A stretch of 24,000 bases of DNA from Halopseudomonas nanhaiensis. Its GTDB lineage: Bacteria > Pseudomonadota > Gammaproteobacteria > Pseudomonadales > Pseudomonadaceae. Position numbers and translations under genes: made by a program. Position 1 is the stretch's first letter. Every line of letters begins with the position of its first letter. The DNA is taken from assembly GCF_020025155.1 (NCBI RefSeq), contig NZ_CP073751.1, positions 2,521,167-2,545,166 on the forward strand, written 5' to 3'. Below the pieces are notes generated by a model. That model saw only the letters and a list, made by a program, of their open reading frames with translations, was not told the origin of the DNA and ran no database searches. Shown one piece after another: positions 1 through 9,304 of the stretch.

Positions 1-356
1 GCGTCGTCGACCAGCCGCTCAATGATGAAGCGACGCTGGCATGGCTCCGCCAGGCGACGCAGCGCGCGGCATTGGTCGCATCGGTCTGCACCGGCGCGTT
101 TCTGCTGGCGAAGATCGGTCTTCTGGCGAACCGGCGCGTGACTACGCACTGGGAAGATATACCCGATCTGCGCAGCGCCTATCCTGATCTGCAGGTGCTC
201 GAATCGGTTCCCTTCGTCGATCTGGGCAATCTCCTGACCTCCGCGGGTATCTCAGCCGGCATCGACATGAGCCTGCACCTGGTAGGGCGCATCCTCGGCC
301 CGGACACGGCCGCCGCTACTGCGCGCCAGATGCAATATCACTGGCAGGTCGGCTAG
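1..356 (+). CDS. DJ-1/PfpI family protein (GATase1-like fold), C-terminal fragment; 5' end lies outside the window
   Basis: The frame is open from base 3 (VVDQPLNDEATLAWLRQATQRAALVASVCTGAFLLAKIG...), so the listed 72..356 ORF is only the tail of a longer gene. The nucleophile-elbow-like SVCTGAFLLA and TSAGISAGIDMSLHLV are typical of DJ-1/PfpI/isonitrile-hydratase-like proteins. Stop codon at 354-356. Confidence 0.75.
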   Translation, partial: VVDQPLNDEATLAWLRQATQRAALVASVCTGAFLLAKIGLLANRRVTTHWEDIPDLRSAYPDLQVLESVPFVDLGNLLTSAGISAGIDMSLHLVGRILGPDTAAATARQMQYHWQVG

Positions 357-389
357 CATGGCCAACCAGTTCTGACACCCGGACGCCCC

Positions 390-1607
390 ATGCCAGGCAC
401 TACATCCATTTTCGCCGTCGTTCGCCCAGACCCTGGCCCGGTGAAGGTCATTCTTGCGGGCATCTGTGCACTGATCCTCACGGTCGGACTCGCGCGCTTC
501 GCCTACACCCCGATGCTGCCGGTTATGCGCGAAGGCGCCGGGCTCAGTGATCTGGCTGGTGGTTGGCTGGCTACCTTCAATTATCTCGGATACATCACCG
601 GCGCATTGATTGCCGCCACGACCGGAAGCCTGCAACGCAAGTTCGTGCTGTACCGCATCGGTCTCGTACTCGGCGTAGTAACCACCGCTGCGATGGGGCT
701 GACCGACAACGTTTATCTGTGGACGCTGCTGCGCTACTTCTCCGGCCTGTCCAGCACGGCAGGTCTGCTGCTGGCTTCAGGGCTGGCACTGAACTGGCTG
801 ATCCGCCACGAGCACAAACCTGAGCTGGGCGTACATTTTGCCGGCCTGGGAGTCGGGATAGCCGTCTCGGGCGCCGCAGTAGGCCTGATGATCGGTCACT
901 TCGACTGGGCCGAGCAGTGGCTTGGGCTGGGACTGCTTGGGCTGCTCTTTGCCGTGCCGGCGTGGCTGTGGCTGCCGCCCCCGACACCGGTGGCGGCGCA
1001 GTCCACTGGCCACACCCCGACGGTGCCGGCCCCGGACGGCCGCTGGACCCGCCTGCTCATTGCCGCGTACTTCTGCGCCGGCGCCGGCTACGTCATCAGC
1101 GCCACTTTCATCGTGGCTATCCTGGAACGGCTGCCGGCATTCGCCGGCTGGGGAAGCTGGGTCTGGGTGCTGCTCGGCGTCGCCGCTGCTCCGTCGACCT
1201 TTCTCTGGGACCGCATTGCCAACCTCACGGGCGGCCTACCTGCCCTGCTGCTGGCCTACGCGCTGCAGATCGTGTCGATCGTGCTGCCGGTTCTCAGCGA
1301 CGCAACCGCCTCGAACCTGCTTGCCGCCGTGTTGTTCGGCAATACCTTCGTGGGCATCGTCAGCCTGACGCTGTCGATCATCGGCAGACGCTTTCCCGCC
1401 AACCCGGCCAAGGCGATGGCCAGACTAACCATCAGCTACGGCATCGCGCAGATCATTGCGCCGGCGATAGCGGGGTACATCGCCACGGCTACCGGACGTT
1501 ACGATGGGGCGTTATGGATGGCGGCAGTGGCAATGTGTATCGGCATGCTGCTGCTCTATGCGGCCCACCGACGCGAGGTGGCGTTGAGGCCGACTGGCGC
1601 GGGGTGA
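390..1607 (+). CDS. YbfB/YjiJ-family MFS transporter
   Basis: 405-aa ORF with about a dozen hydrophobic segments. The N-terminal LARFAYTPMLPVMREGAGLS...GWLATFNYLGYITGAL matches my memory of the YbfB/YjiJ (DUF1228) branch of the major facilitator superfamily. ORFs in other frames inside it (563..823, 917..1654, 922..1368) are Arg/Pro/Ala-rich GC artefacts. Confidence 0.75.
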   Translation: MPGTTSIFAVVRPDPGPVKVILAGICALILTVGLARFAYTPMLPVMREGAGLSDLAGGWLATFNYLGYITGALIAATTGSLQRKFVLYRIGLVLGVVTTAAMGLTDNVYLWTLLRYFSGLSSTAGLLLASGLALNWLIRHEHKPELGVHFAGLGVGIAVSGAAVGLMIGHFDWAEQWLGLGLLGLLFAVPAWLWLPPPTPVAAQSTGHTPTVPAPDGRWTRLLIAAYFCAGAGYVISATFIVAILERLPAFAGWGSWVWVLLGVAAAPSTFLWDRIANLTGGLPALLLAYALQIVSIVLPVLSDATASNLLAAVLFGNTFVGIVSLTLSIIGRRFPANPAKAMARLTISYGIAQIIAPAIAGYIATATGRYDGALWMAAVAMCIGMLLLYAAHRREVALRPTGAG

Positions 1608-1664
1608 CCGGGCACAGGAGACGCACAGTGCCGTCGACATTGCTGGGGGCATGATGCCCCAGGA

Positions 1665-1684
1665 AGACAACCGACGGGTTGTCT
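1665..1684 (+). terminator. Possible stem-loop downstream of the MFS gene (8-bp stem AGACAACC / GGTTGTCT, loop GACG); no U-tract
   Basis: Perfect 8-bp inverted repeat read directly at 1665-1672 / 1677-1684, about 58 nt after the stop at 1607. A second weaker GC hairpin (GGGGC..GCCCC) lies just upstream. The lack of a T-run makes intrinsic-terminator function uncertain. Confidence 0.3.
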
Positions 1685-1783
1685 GACGGTGCAACTTAGC
1701 GGCTGCGCGACGCTCGAAATTCGGTGGGATGCTCTACTATCCCGCCCACCGATCATCAATCACCGATCCGGATCAGGACCGCC

Positions 1784-2614
1784 ATGACATCGTCTCCGCT
1801 CGACCCGCACGCCATCGACATCGATCTGACCTCTCGCTACGCATTCGCCCGCCATGTCGCGCTGGACGCCGCTCAGCGGGGCATGGCGTATTACAGCGGC
1901 CGCCGCGAGCTGACCGTGGAGTTCAAGAATGCTGATGAGCAGGATGTCGTCAGCATCGCCGATCGCGAACTCGAGGCGTTCATCCGTGCCGAGCTGGAGC
2001 GGGCGTTTCCGGAAGACGGCTTTCTTGGCGAGGAAAGTGGCCAGGCCAATCTGTCGGCCCGCTGCGTATGGGTCATCGACCCGATCGACGGCACCGCGTG
2101 CTTCGTCAACGGCTTGCATACCTGGTGCGTATCGGTCGGCATGATGCTCGATGGCAAGCCTTGTATCGGAGCCATTGCCGATCCGAATCACGACGAGCTG
2201 TTTCATGGCTGCATAGGACGTGGCGCCTGGGTCAACGACACGCCGCTGCGTGCCAGCCAGGCGCAACATGTCCGTGAAGGTCTGACCGGCACGGGGACCT
2301 TCCACCCGACCGGCAAGCAACACTTCATGCCGTTTCTGCAGTGCCTGCTGGATGAAGGCGGCATGTTCATTCGCAACGGCTCGGGCGCATTGATGACCGC
2401 CTATGTCGCAGCGGGCCGGCTGATTGGCTACTACGAAACGCAACTCAAGAGCTGGGATTGTCTGGCGGGGTTGGTGCTGATCGACGAGGCTGGCGGCCGG
2501 CGAAACGATTTCTTTCGCGGCAACGGGCTGACCGAGGGAAACCCCTTCCTGGTGGCGGGCCCGAAGGTCTATGACCAGCTCGCGAACATGATCGGACCGT
2601 CTCTCGACGCCTGA
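1784..2614 (+). CDS. Inositol monophosphatase family protein (IMPase/SuhB-like)
   Basis: Contains WVIDPIDGTACFVNG (DPIDGT metal-binding motif) and SWDCLAGLVLIDEAGG (WD..AG motif), both hallmarks of the IMPase family. The ORF is open from 1724. I chose ATG 1784 (MTSSPLDPH...) because AGGA sits about 8 nt upstream and it gives 276 aa, a typical family length. Confidence 0.85.
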   Translation: MTSSPLDPHAIDIDLTSRYAFARHVALDAAQRGMAYYSGRRELTVEFKNADEQDVVSIADRELEAFIRAELERAFPEDGFLGEESGQANLSARCVWVIDPIDGTACFVNGLHTWCVSVGMMLDGKPCIGAIADPNHDELFHGCIGRGAWVNDTPLRASQAQHVREGLTGTGTFHPTGKQHFMPFLQCLLDEGGMFIRNGSGALMTAYVAAGRLIGYYETQLKSWDCLAGLVLIDEAGGRRNDFFRGNGLTEGNPFLVAGPKVYDQLANMIGPSLDA

Positions 2615-2637
2615 AGCGCCGCCGGACAGTCAGGCTC

Positions 2638-3645
2638 TCAGACCCGCGAGCGGCGGGGCCTCCGGATGGGCAACCCAAGCAGTCTGTGCCACCCGGTCGA
2701 CGGCCCCTCGGCTGGAGCGGCATCCAGCCATTCGGCGACGGACGCGGCCCTTTTGCTCGGATCAGGACAGGTGGCTGCCTCGATCAGTGCCTGACTGCGT
2801 GGATCGGGTACATCGATGCGCCAGTCACCCAGCAACGGTCGATGGATATCCGCGCTGCACAGTTGATAGAGAATCACGCCCAGCGAGTAGATATCGCTGC
2901 GGGCATCGCCGGGATACCCGCGATACAGTTCCGGGGCGCGGTAGGGGTTGATCGCGTACGCCGGCGCCGGGGGGGCTGTGTCGCGCGGCCGACGCGCCAG
3001 CAGAAGCAGGCGCCCATCGGCGAAGAAATTGACGTTGACGCCCGAGATGCCGGTGTAGCCCAGACCCTCCTCATGGCGTTTGGCGACGGACGCGGCAAAC
3101 TGACGAAAGGCCTCCAGTCGCTTCGGCAAGGGGACGTCGATGAGCGATCGGGAAAGGGCTTCCGACGCCGGCCGGGAGGTCGCGTCGGCTGGCTCGTCGG
3201 TCGACGCAGCGCGGATGCGCAGCGGCAATACATCCAGCGTCGTCAGGCTGCTGTCTGGTGCCATCCGGGTCGCCCGGTCGACTACTGCCCCCTCCGCCGA
3301 GCCGACGCCATCGAAGCGTACCGGACCGTTCAGTCGGTAACCCACTCCCGCAATGGTGACGATCAGCTTGGCATCGCGCCCAAGCGCCTTGCGTAGCTTG
3401 GTCATGGCATTGGGCAGTACGTTGCGGACCGTGATGCGGCCATCCCACACCACCTGCAGCAGTTCCTCATGGGGCACCACGCGGTCAGCATTCTGCAGCA
3501 GAACGTGCAGTAGGCGAAGCGGACGCCGCTCAAGCGTTACTGTCTCGCCCAGCACTGACAGTTGCAGCGTTTCCGGACAGAACTCGGCGCAACCAAAATG
3601 GTAACGGGGCGGTACGCGGCGGGGCGAAGGCAGTGACGCTGGCAT
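2638..3645 (-). CDS. Winged-helix (OmpR/PhoB/CadC-type) DNA-binding protein fused to a degenerate Ser/Thr protein kinase C-lobe (pseudokinase-like)
   Basis: The N-terminus (YHFGCAEFCPETLQLSVLGETVTLERRPLRLLHVLLQNADRVVPHEELLQVVWDGR...VLPNAMTKLRKALG...IVTIAGVGYRL) is a Trans_reg_C-type wHTH. The C-terminus (YRAPELYRGYPGDARSDIYSLGVILYQL...DPSKRAASVAEWLDA) matches Hanks kinase subdomains VIII-XI. No Gly-rich loop or VAIK lysine is present, and the HRD position reads YTG. The ORF is open to 3672; ATG 3645 has a better GGGAAG Shine-Dalgarno-like sequence. Confidence 0.7.
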   Translation of the reverse strand: MPASLPSPRRVPPRYHFGCAEFCPETLQLSVLGETVTLERRPLRLLHVLLQNADRVVPHEELLQVVWDGRITVRNVLPNAMTKLRKALGRDAKLIVTIAGVGYRLNGPVRFDGVGSAEGAVVDRATRMAPDSSLTTLDVLPLRIRAASTDEPADATSRPASEALSRSLIDVPLPKRLEAFRQFAASVAKRHEEGLGYTGISGVNVNFFADGRLLLLARRPRDTAPPAPAYAINPYRAPELYRGYPGDARSDIYSLGVILYQLCSADIHRPLLGDWRIDVPDPRSQALIEAATCPDPSKRAASVAEWLDAAPAEGPSTGWHRLLGLPIRRPRRSRV

Positions 3646-3871
3646 GGGGTGACTTCCCTGTTTGACCGACATTTTCAGTCCATTTGAAGCTTCGTCATCT
3701 CAAACTGCCAGTAGTTCGGACTGTTTGCTTTGCTGGCGACGAACGGCATGCTTGCGTTAGCCATCCGTTAGATCTGCGGGGCAACGATATGTCTCACGTT
3801 AGGGTCAGAGTGGCAGCCAGGCGAACCCTCGCGAGAGTCGCCTGAAGGACCACCATAACAAGGAGCGAAAC
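3646..3871. promoter_or_regulatory. Divergent intergenic region between the wHTH regulator and the ATP-grasp/flippase operon
   Basis: About 226 bp of non-coding sequence separates two divergently oriented genes. AAGGAG lies 7 nt upstream of ATG 3872. No specific promoter or operator could be assigned by eye. Confidence 0.35.
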
Positions 3872-4885
3872 ATGGCACTGAAAAGCCTTGTCCACGGCCA
3901 GCAGGAAGCTCAGCCCCTCCTCCCGCCGGCGGTCGATCTGATCGATGATTTGCGCGAGACCGCACTGTACCAGTGGCAGTACTTCCGGATTCACCGCCGG
4001 TTCTGCAATTTCGACAACCCCCGCGCCTTCTCGGAAAAGATCTTTCATCGCATGCGTTACCCGAGACCGGAGTTCTCGCGGCTGGCCGACAAGGTGCTGG
4101 TACGCGATTACATCCGTGACGTGGTTGGCGATCAGTACAATGTTCCGCTGTACGCTGTGGTTGACGAGGTGCGACCGGAGCACTTTGCCATGCTTCCCGA
4201 TTCCTTCGTCATCAAGGCCAATCACAGTTGCGGCGCCCTGCGGATCATCAACGACAAGTCCTGCTGCGACGTGGTCGAACTGTCGAAAGCTGCCAATGAA
4301 TGGCTGAAGGTGGACTTCTCCGAGTACAACCATGAGAAGCACTATCACGATATTCGCCCGCGCGTGCTGTTCGAGAAAGCGCTGCTGATCAGCGGCAAGC
4401 CCGCGCCCGACTACAAGATCCACGTCTTCAATGATGCCAACGGTCGAAGCTTCAGCTTTCTCCAGGTGATTGATGGCCGTTTCGGTGATACTACGCAAAA
4501 CCTGTATTCCGTGGACTGGCTGGTTATGCCGTTCCGTATCGGCGGTCGGCTGCCGGGCAGTCTGGACCCGCAGATCATCGAGCCGCCCGCCGAACTCCCG
4601 GAAATGGTCAGGCTGGCCAAGCGCCTCGCGCGCCCGTTCGGCTACTGCCGCGTCGACATGTACCTGTTCGAAGGCCAGATTCATGTGGGCGAGCTTACCT
4701 TCACCCCGGGCGCAGGCGAATGCCGGTTCTTGCCTGAACAGTGGGACTGGACGCTGGGATCACTCTTCAGGTGGCCCGAACCGCCCCGGCCCGTGCCGGT
4801 CATGGACCCCCAGACTGCGCCGGTGTCGGTAGCTGCTGAACAACACGACGACTGGGGCGATCTCGACGCGGCGCGGCTGGCATGA
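3872..4885 (+). CDS. TupA-like ATP-grasp fold amidoligase family protein
   Basis: End-to-end resemblance to the ATPgrasp_TupA family as I remember it: FDNPRAFSEKIFHRM, LADKVLVRDYI, DSFVIKANHSCG, PDYKIHVFN, CRVDMYLFEGQIHVGELTFTPGAG and PEQWDWTLGSLF. Strong RBS. The antisense 296-aa ORF (3794..4684) is a shadow. Confidence 0.85.
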   Translation: MALKSLVHGQQEAQPLLPPAVDLIDDLRETALYQWQYFRIHRRFCNFDNPRAFSEKIFHRMRYPRPEFSRLADKVLVRDYIRDVVGDQYNVPLYAVVDEVRPEHFAMLPDSFVIKANHSCGALRIINDKSCCDVVELSKAANEWLKVDFSEYNHEKHYHDIRPRVLFEKALLISGKPAPDYKIHVFNDANGRSFSFLQVIDGRFGDTTQNLYSVDWLVMPFRIGGRLPGSLDPQIIEPPAELPEMVRLAKRLARPFGYCRVDMYLFEGQIHVGELTFTPGAGECRFLPEQWDWTLGSLFRWPEPPRPVPVMDPQTAPVSVAAEQHDDWGDLDAARLA

Positions 4886-6177
4886 TTGGCACCGCCGTCA
4901 TGCGCAATTCGCTGACGCACCTGAGCGGTCGCTCGCTGCGCCATGTCGCGGTTCTTGCTGGTGGAACCGCCACCGCGCAAATACTGACTCTGGCCGCAAC
5001 GCCGCTGATCACCCGAATGTTCGGGCCCGAGGCCTACGGCGCTGCCGGCAGCTTCCTCGCGCTGGTCTCCATGCTGGTGCCGGTGGCGGCGCTCTGTTAC
5101 CCGCTGGCGATCGTACTGCCGCGAGAGGATCGTGATGCGCAGGGGCTGAGCGTGCTTTCGCTGACCATTGCACTGGTCCTTGCTCTGTTGACACTCGCCT
5201 GCGTGTGGGTCGGCCAGCCTCTGCTCGAACGCACCGGAATGACGGCATCGTGGCTGCTCCTGCTGCCGGTATTCATGCTACTCGGGGCACTGCGCCAGGT
5301 ACTCGAGCAATGGGCTCATCGCCTTGGGCGCTTTCCCGTCTCCGCGCGCGTCTCGGTGGCTCAGTCCGTAACGGCCAATGGCGGAAAGATCGGCGGCGGT
5401 CTGGCGTTTCCTGTCGCGGGGACGCTGGTCGGCATGGCGCTGCTTGCAGAGGTGGTGGCGTGCGCGTGGTATCTCGCATCGCTGCGCCGGGTCGTCGTCG
5501 AAGCCTTCCAGCGCAGGCATGAGTCGACCACGGCTCTGCGCCAACTCGCCGCGACCCACTTCGATTTCCCGGTGTACCGCGCGCCGCAGATTCTGGTCAG
5601 CAGTCTCTCACTGGGTTTGCCCGTCCTGATACTCGGAACCTGGTTCGGCGCTGCTGCTGCAGGATTCTATGTCCTCGCCCGCGTGGTGGTAACGGCTCCG
5701 GTTACCTTGATCGGCAAGGCCATTACCGACGTGCTGACTCCTCGCCTAGCGGAGGCTTCACGCCGCGGAGAAGCGTTACGACCCCTGCTCCGCAAGGCCA
5801 TGCTGGGTCTCGCACCCACCGCCGCGTTACCGATGCTCTCGGTCATCATCGCGGGGCCGATACTGTTCGAATGGCTGTTCGGTGCCGAGTGGCGCCCGGC
5901 TGGCGAACAGGCCCGCTGGCTGGCGCTATGGTTCTACGTGACATTGATCACCATGCCCTGTCTCGCCGCCCTTCCAGTCCTGCGGATGCAGCGCTTCCAC
6001 CTGCAGCTCACCTGCTGGAGTGCGGCGGTACGCTTGTCGCTGCTGCTCGGGTGCGCCGCCCTCGGCGCCGATGTCATTACCTGCGTTGCCGTCTACGCCA
6101 TCTCAGGTGCGCTCATCAATCTGCTGCTGGCCGCCAGGGTGCTGCCGGCTTCGTCCGCCCCGGTCGCACGCGACTGA
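4882..6177 (+). CDS. Wzx-like oligosaccharide/polysaccharide flippase (MOP superfamily, Polysacc_synt-type)
   Basis: 431-aa polytopic membrane protein. The N-terminal region GGTATAQILTLAATPLITRMFGPEAYG matches the conserved PxLTRxxxPexFG signature of Wzx/RfbX-like lipopolysaccharide biosynthesis proteins. Its ATG overlaps the upstream stop (ATGA at 4882-4885), implying translational coupling. Confidence 0.75.
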   Translation: MIGTAVMRNSLTHLSGRSLRHVAVLAGGTATAQILTLAATPLITRMFGPEAYGAAGSFLALVSMLVPVAALCYPLAIVLPREDRDAQGLSVLSLTIALVLALLTLACVWVGQPLLERTGMTASWLLLLPVFMLLGALRQVLEQWAHRLGRFPVSARVSVAQSVTANGGKIGGGLAFPVAGTLVGMALLAEVVACAWYLASLRRVVVEAFQRRHESTTALRQLAATHFDFPVYRAPQILVSSLSLGLPVLILGTWFGAAAAGFYVLARVVVTAPVTLIGKAITDVLTPRLAEASRRGEALRPLLRKAMLGLAPTAALPMLSVIIAGPILFEWLFGAEWRPAGEQARWLALWFYVTLITMPCLAALPVLRMQRFHLQLTCWSAAVRLSLLLGCAALGADVITCVAVYAISGALINLLLAARVLPASSAPVARD

Positions 6178-6280
6178 CCGCTTCCCCTCTGCGCAATGCC
6201 GGCCGGTGAACTACCCTTGAGCGAAAGCAGCGTCCGGATCTGACGCCCGGATGCCGCCGTTCCTGAAAACCGCTGGCTAA

Positions 6281-7516
<1,236 letters not shown>

Positions 7517-7529
7517 TCGCTGATATGAA

Positions 7530-7561
7530 CCAAGCCGCCGGCGCGATGGCCGGCGGCTTGG
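7530..7561. terminator. Bidirectional rho-independent-type terminator between the convergent porin and csgA genes
   Basis: Perfect 13-bp GC-rich stem CCAAGCCGCCGGC (7530-7542) / GCCGGCGGCTTGG (7549-7561) with a 6-nt loop. It is flanked by TTATTG on the plus strand and TTCATATC on the minus strand. It lies 14 nt after the porin stop and 10 nt after the csgA stop. Confidence 0.75.
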
Positions 7562-7571
7562 TTATTGCTGC

Positions 7572-8792
7572 TTACTGAGTGATGGACGCAACGTTCGCCG
7601 TTCCGGTCTGGGTCATCAGCGCCTCGTTGTAGTTGCCTGACTGACCAACTACCCCGACGTTGCGGGAGCCGCTCTGGTAGATGTCCGCCAGGTTGTCGCT
7701 GCCCCACTGGGTCGCTGTAGCCACGTTACGATCGCCGTACTGTTCAACGGCGGCGATGTTGTCCGAGCCCCACTGTCCGGTAGTGGCCTTGTTGGCAAAA
7801 CCGTCCTGGAAGATGGTGGCGTCGTTGCCGCTCTCAAGCTGCTCGGCAGTAGCGACGTTGAATTCACCAGTCTGCTCGATATCGACGGTGCCGTTATCAC
7901 CAAACTGGCTGGAGCGCGCCCAGTTGCCAGTGCCGGTCTGGTCGATCGAAGAATCGTTATCGTGGTCGCCCTGTGCGCTATACGCAATGTTCACACCGCC
8001 AGCCTGATCGATTTTCGAATCATTATCAGAACCCGACTGCGATGCGTCAGCGTAGTTGCCGCCGCCCACCTGATCGATATTGACGATACCGTCGGTCCCT
8101 GATTGCGATGAGGACGCGATATTGGTCACGCCGTCCTGCTCGATTTCCGCCAGGTTGCGGGAGTCGGTCTGGACCGCGCGCGCCTGGTTAAGCGTGCCGT
8201 CCTGATCAATCGTTGCAGTGCTGTGCGAGCCCGACTGATAGGTTGTGGCATCGTTACCCTGGCCTTTCTGATAAATGTTGGCTCTGCTGCTTTCGGTGTT
8301 CACCTGCTCGGCCAGCGCGTCGTTGTACCAGCCTTCCTGTTCCACCAGAACCTTGTTGTTCCAGCCGGACTGGTCGATTACAGCGTCGTTGTAATAGTCA
8401 TGCTGCACGACCACCGCATCGTTGTTCCATTTGGTCTGCCGGACCTTCAGATCATTGCCCAGGCCACGCTGCTCGACGTCGATATCGTGCCAGTCTCCGA
8501 TACTGGAGGTGTCGACCGAGTTGCCGCGGCCGGTCTGCAGCGAGTCCAGGGTATTACCCTTGCCTTCCTGATAGGCGTCGAGCTCCTGGCCACGACCGAA
8601 CTGGTCGACGTTGACCCGGTTGAGTTCACCTTCCTGAACGGTGCTGGAGTACTGATGCGCACCGGCCTGATAGATAGTCGCCTGCTGCTCGTCGCCTTCC
8701 TGAATAACGTAAGCCTCACTGTTGTTCGCGGCATGAGCCTGAGCGACACCAAGTGCAAGCAGAGCGGCAACCAGCGGTTTGATCTTGAACAT
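7572..8792 (-). CDS. csgA: Major curlin subunit CsgA homologue, greatly expanded (406 aa, about 17 curlin repeats)
   Basis: Signal peptide MFKIKPLVAALLALGVAQAHA. The rest is built of x-G-x-x-N-x-A-x-x-x-Q units (e.g. SGSRNVGVVGQ SGNYNEALMTQ TGTANVASITQ), the curlin repeat signature. It lies directly downstream of csgB in a csgDEFG-csgBA locus. Start chosen at ATG 8792 (AGGAGA 6 nt upstream); the ORF is open to 8822. Confidence 0.9.
   Translation of the reverse strand: MFKIKPLVAALLALGVAQAHAANNSEAYVIQEGDEQQATIYQAGAHQYSSTVQEGELNRVNVDQFGRGQELDAYQEGKGNTLDSLQTGRGNSVDTSSIGDWHDIDVEQRGLGNDLKVRQTKWNNDAVVVQHDYYNDAVIDQSGWNNKVLVEQEGWYNDALAEQVNTESSRANIYQKGQGNDATTYQSGSHSTATIDQDGTLNQARAVQTDSRNLAEIEQDGVTNIASSSQSGTDGIVNIDQVGGGNYADASQSGSDNDSKIDQAGGVNIAYSAQGDHDNDSSIDQTGTGNWARSSQFGDNGTVDIEQTGEFNVATAEQLESGNDATIFQDGFANKATTGQWGSDNIAAVEQYGDRNVATATQWGSDNLADIYQSGSRNVGVVGQSGNYNEALMTQTGTANVASITQ
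7575..8699 (-). repeat. In-frame tandem array of 34 curlin half-repeats (33-nt / 11-codon period) inside csgA
   Basis: Hand parse: residues 32-406 (375 aa) tile without gaps into 34 consecutive units, 33 of 11 aa and one of 12 aa, each ending in Q (one ends in S). The repeats are degenerate at nucleotide level. The clearest near-duplication is QWGSDNIAAVEQYGDRNVATATQWGSDNLADIYQ (about 66-nt period, around 7680-7800). Confidence 0.85.
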
Positions 8793-8836
8793 GTTGTTTC
8801 TCCTGATGAATCCTGGAATCAATAAGGAAGTGCACG

Positions 8837-9304
8837 TTAGCGATATTGGCGAACCAATATGTTTACAAGCTGGCCGGACTGCGCAATGGATGCACTTTTA
8901 TCCGATCCAGTCTGTTCGATAAGGGCATTGTTGAACGCCCCCTGTTGCTTGATCAGCGCTTCATTGTTCGAGCCCGACTGCAGGATGGCGGCCTCGTGAC
9001 CAAAGCCGTCCTGATCGATCAAGGCGGAATTGAGATAACCTGTTTGCAGAATGACAGCCTCAAGTTCTGCGCCCGTCTGCGCAATATGGGCGTCGAGCAA
9101 GTTACCGGACTGATGTATCGTGGCGAAGCTGTTTTCCGCGCCAGCGCCGCGTGACCCTGGAGCATTCAAGTCGGTTGACAACATCAACTCCGATGGAGCC
9201 AGATCGGCTGAGCCCTGAGCTTTGACAGGCGGCACAAAAAAGGTAAATAAAGTTGCCACCAGGCAAAAAAGAAGCGGCGCAAGCGAAGGTGTTGAGTAAT
9301 TCAT
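8837..9304 (-). CDS. csgB: Minor curlin subunit / nucleator CsgB homologue
   Basis: 155 aa with an N-terminal hydrophobic signal (LAPLLFCLVATLFTFFVPPVKA), followed by about 9 curlin half-repeats (SGNLLDAHIAQ TGAELEAVILQ TGYLNSALIDQ DGFGHEAAILQ SGSNNEALIKQ QGAFNNALIEQ TGSDKSASIAQ SGQLVNILVRQ). Basic C-terminal end (VRQYR). Position immediately 5' of csgA. Confidence 0.85.
   Translation of the reverse strand: MNYSTPSLAPLLFCLVATLFTFFVPPVKAQGSADLAPSELMLSTDLNAPGSRGAGAENSFATIHQSGNLLDAHIAQTGAELEAVILQTGYLNSALIDQDGFGHEAAILQSGSNNEALIKQQGAFNNALIEQTGSDKSASIAQSGQLVNILVRQYR

Noticed and set aside
563-1654. Several 86-245-aa ORFs in alternative frames and strands inside the MFS transporter gene
   Set aside because: They give Arg/Pro/Ala-rich low-complexity translations typical of off-frame reading of GC-rich membrane-protein genes. 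The 390..1607 frame gives coherent TM helices.
3794-4684. 296-aa minus-strand ORF opposite the ATP-grasp gene
   Set aside because: The plus-strand frame matches the TupA-like ATP-grasp family along its whole length. The antisense product has no family features and would run into the divergent promoter region.
7575-8699. A regular 33-nt periodicity that could be mistaken for a CRISPR-like or tandem DNA repeat array
   Set aside because: The units are highly degenerate at nucleotide level, contiguous with no spacer/repeat alternation, and in frame within a secreted protein. This is protein-level repetition (curlin repeats), not CRISPR or a satellite.
8223-8825. 200-aa plus-strand ORF, plus others at 7681..8007 and 8213..8614, antisense to csgA
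   Set aside because: The periodic, stop-poor codon composition of the curlin repeats keeps several frames open. Only the minus-strand frame gives a signal peptide, an RBS and the curlin repeat signature.
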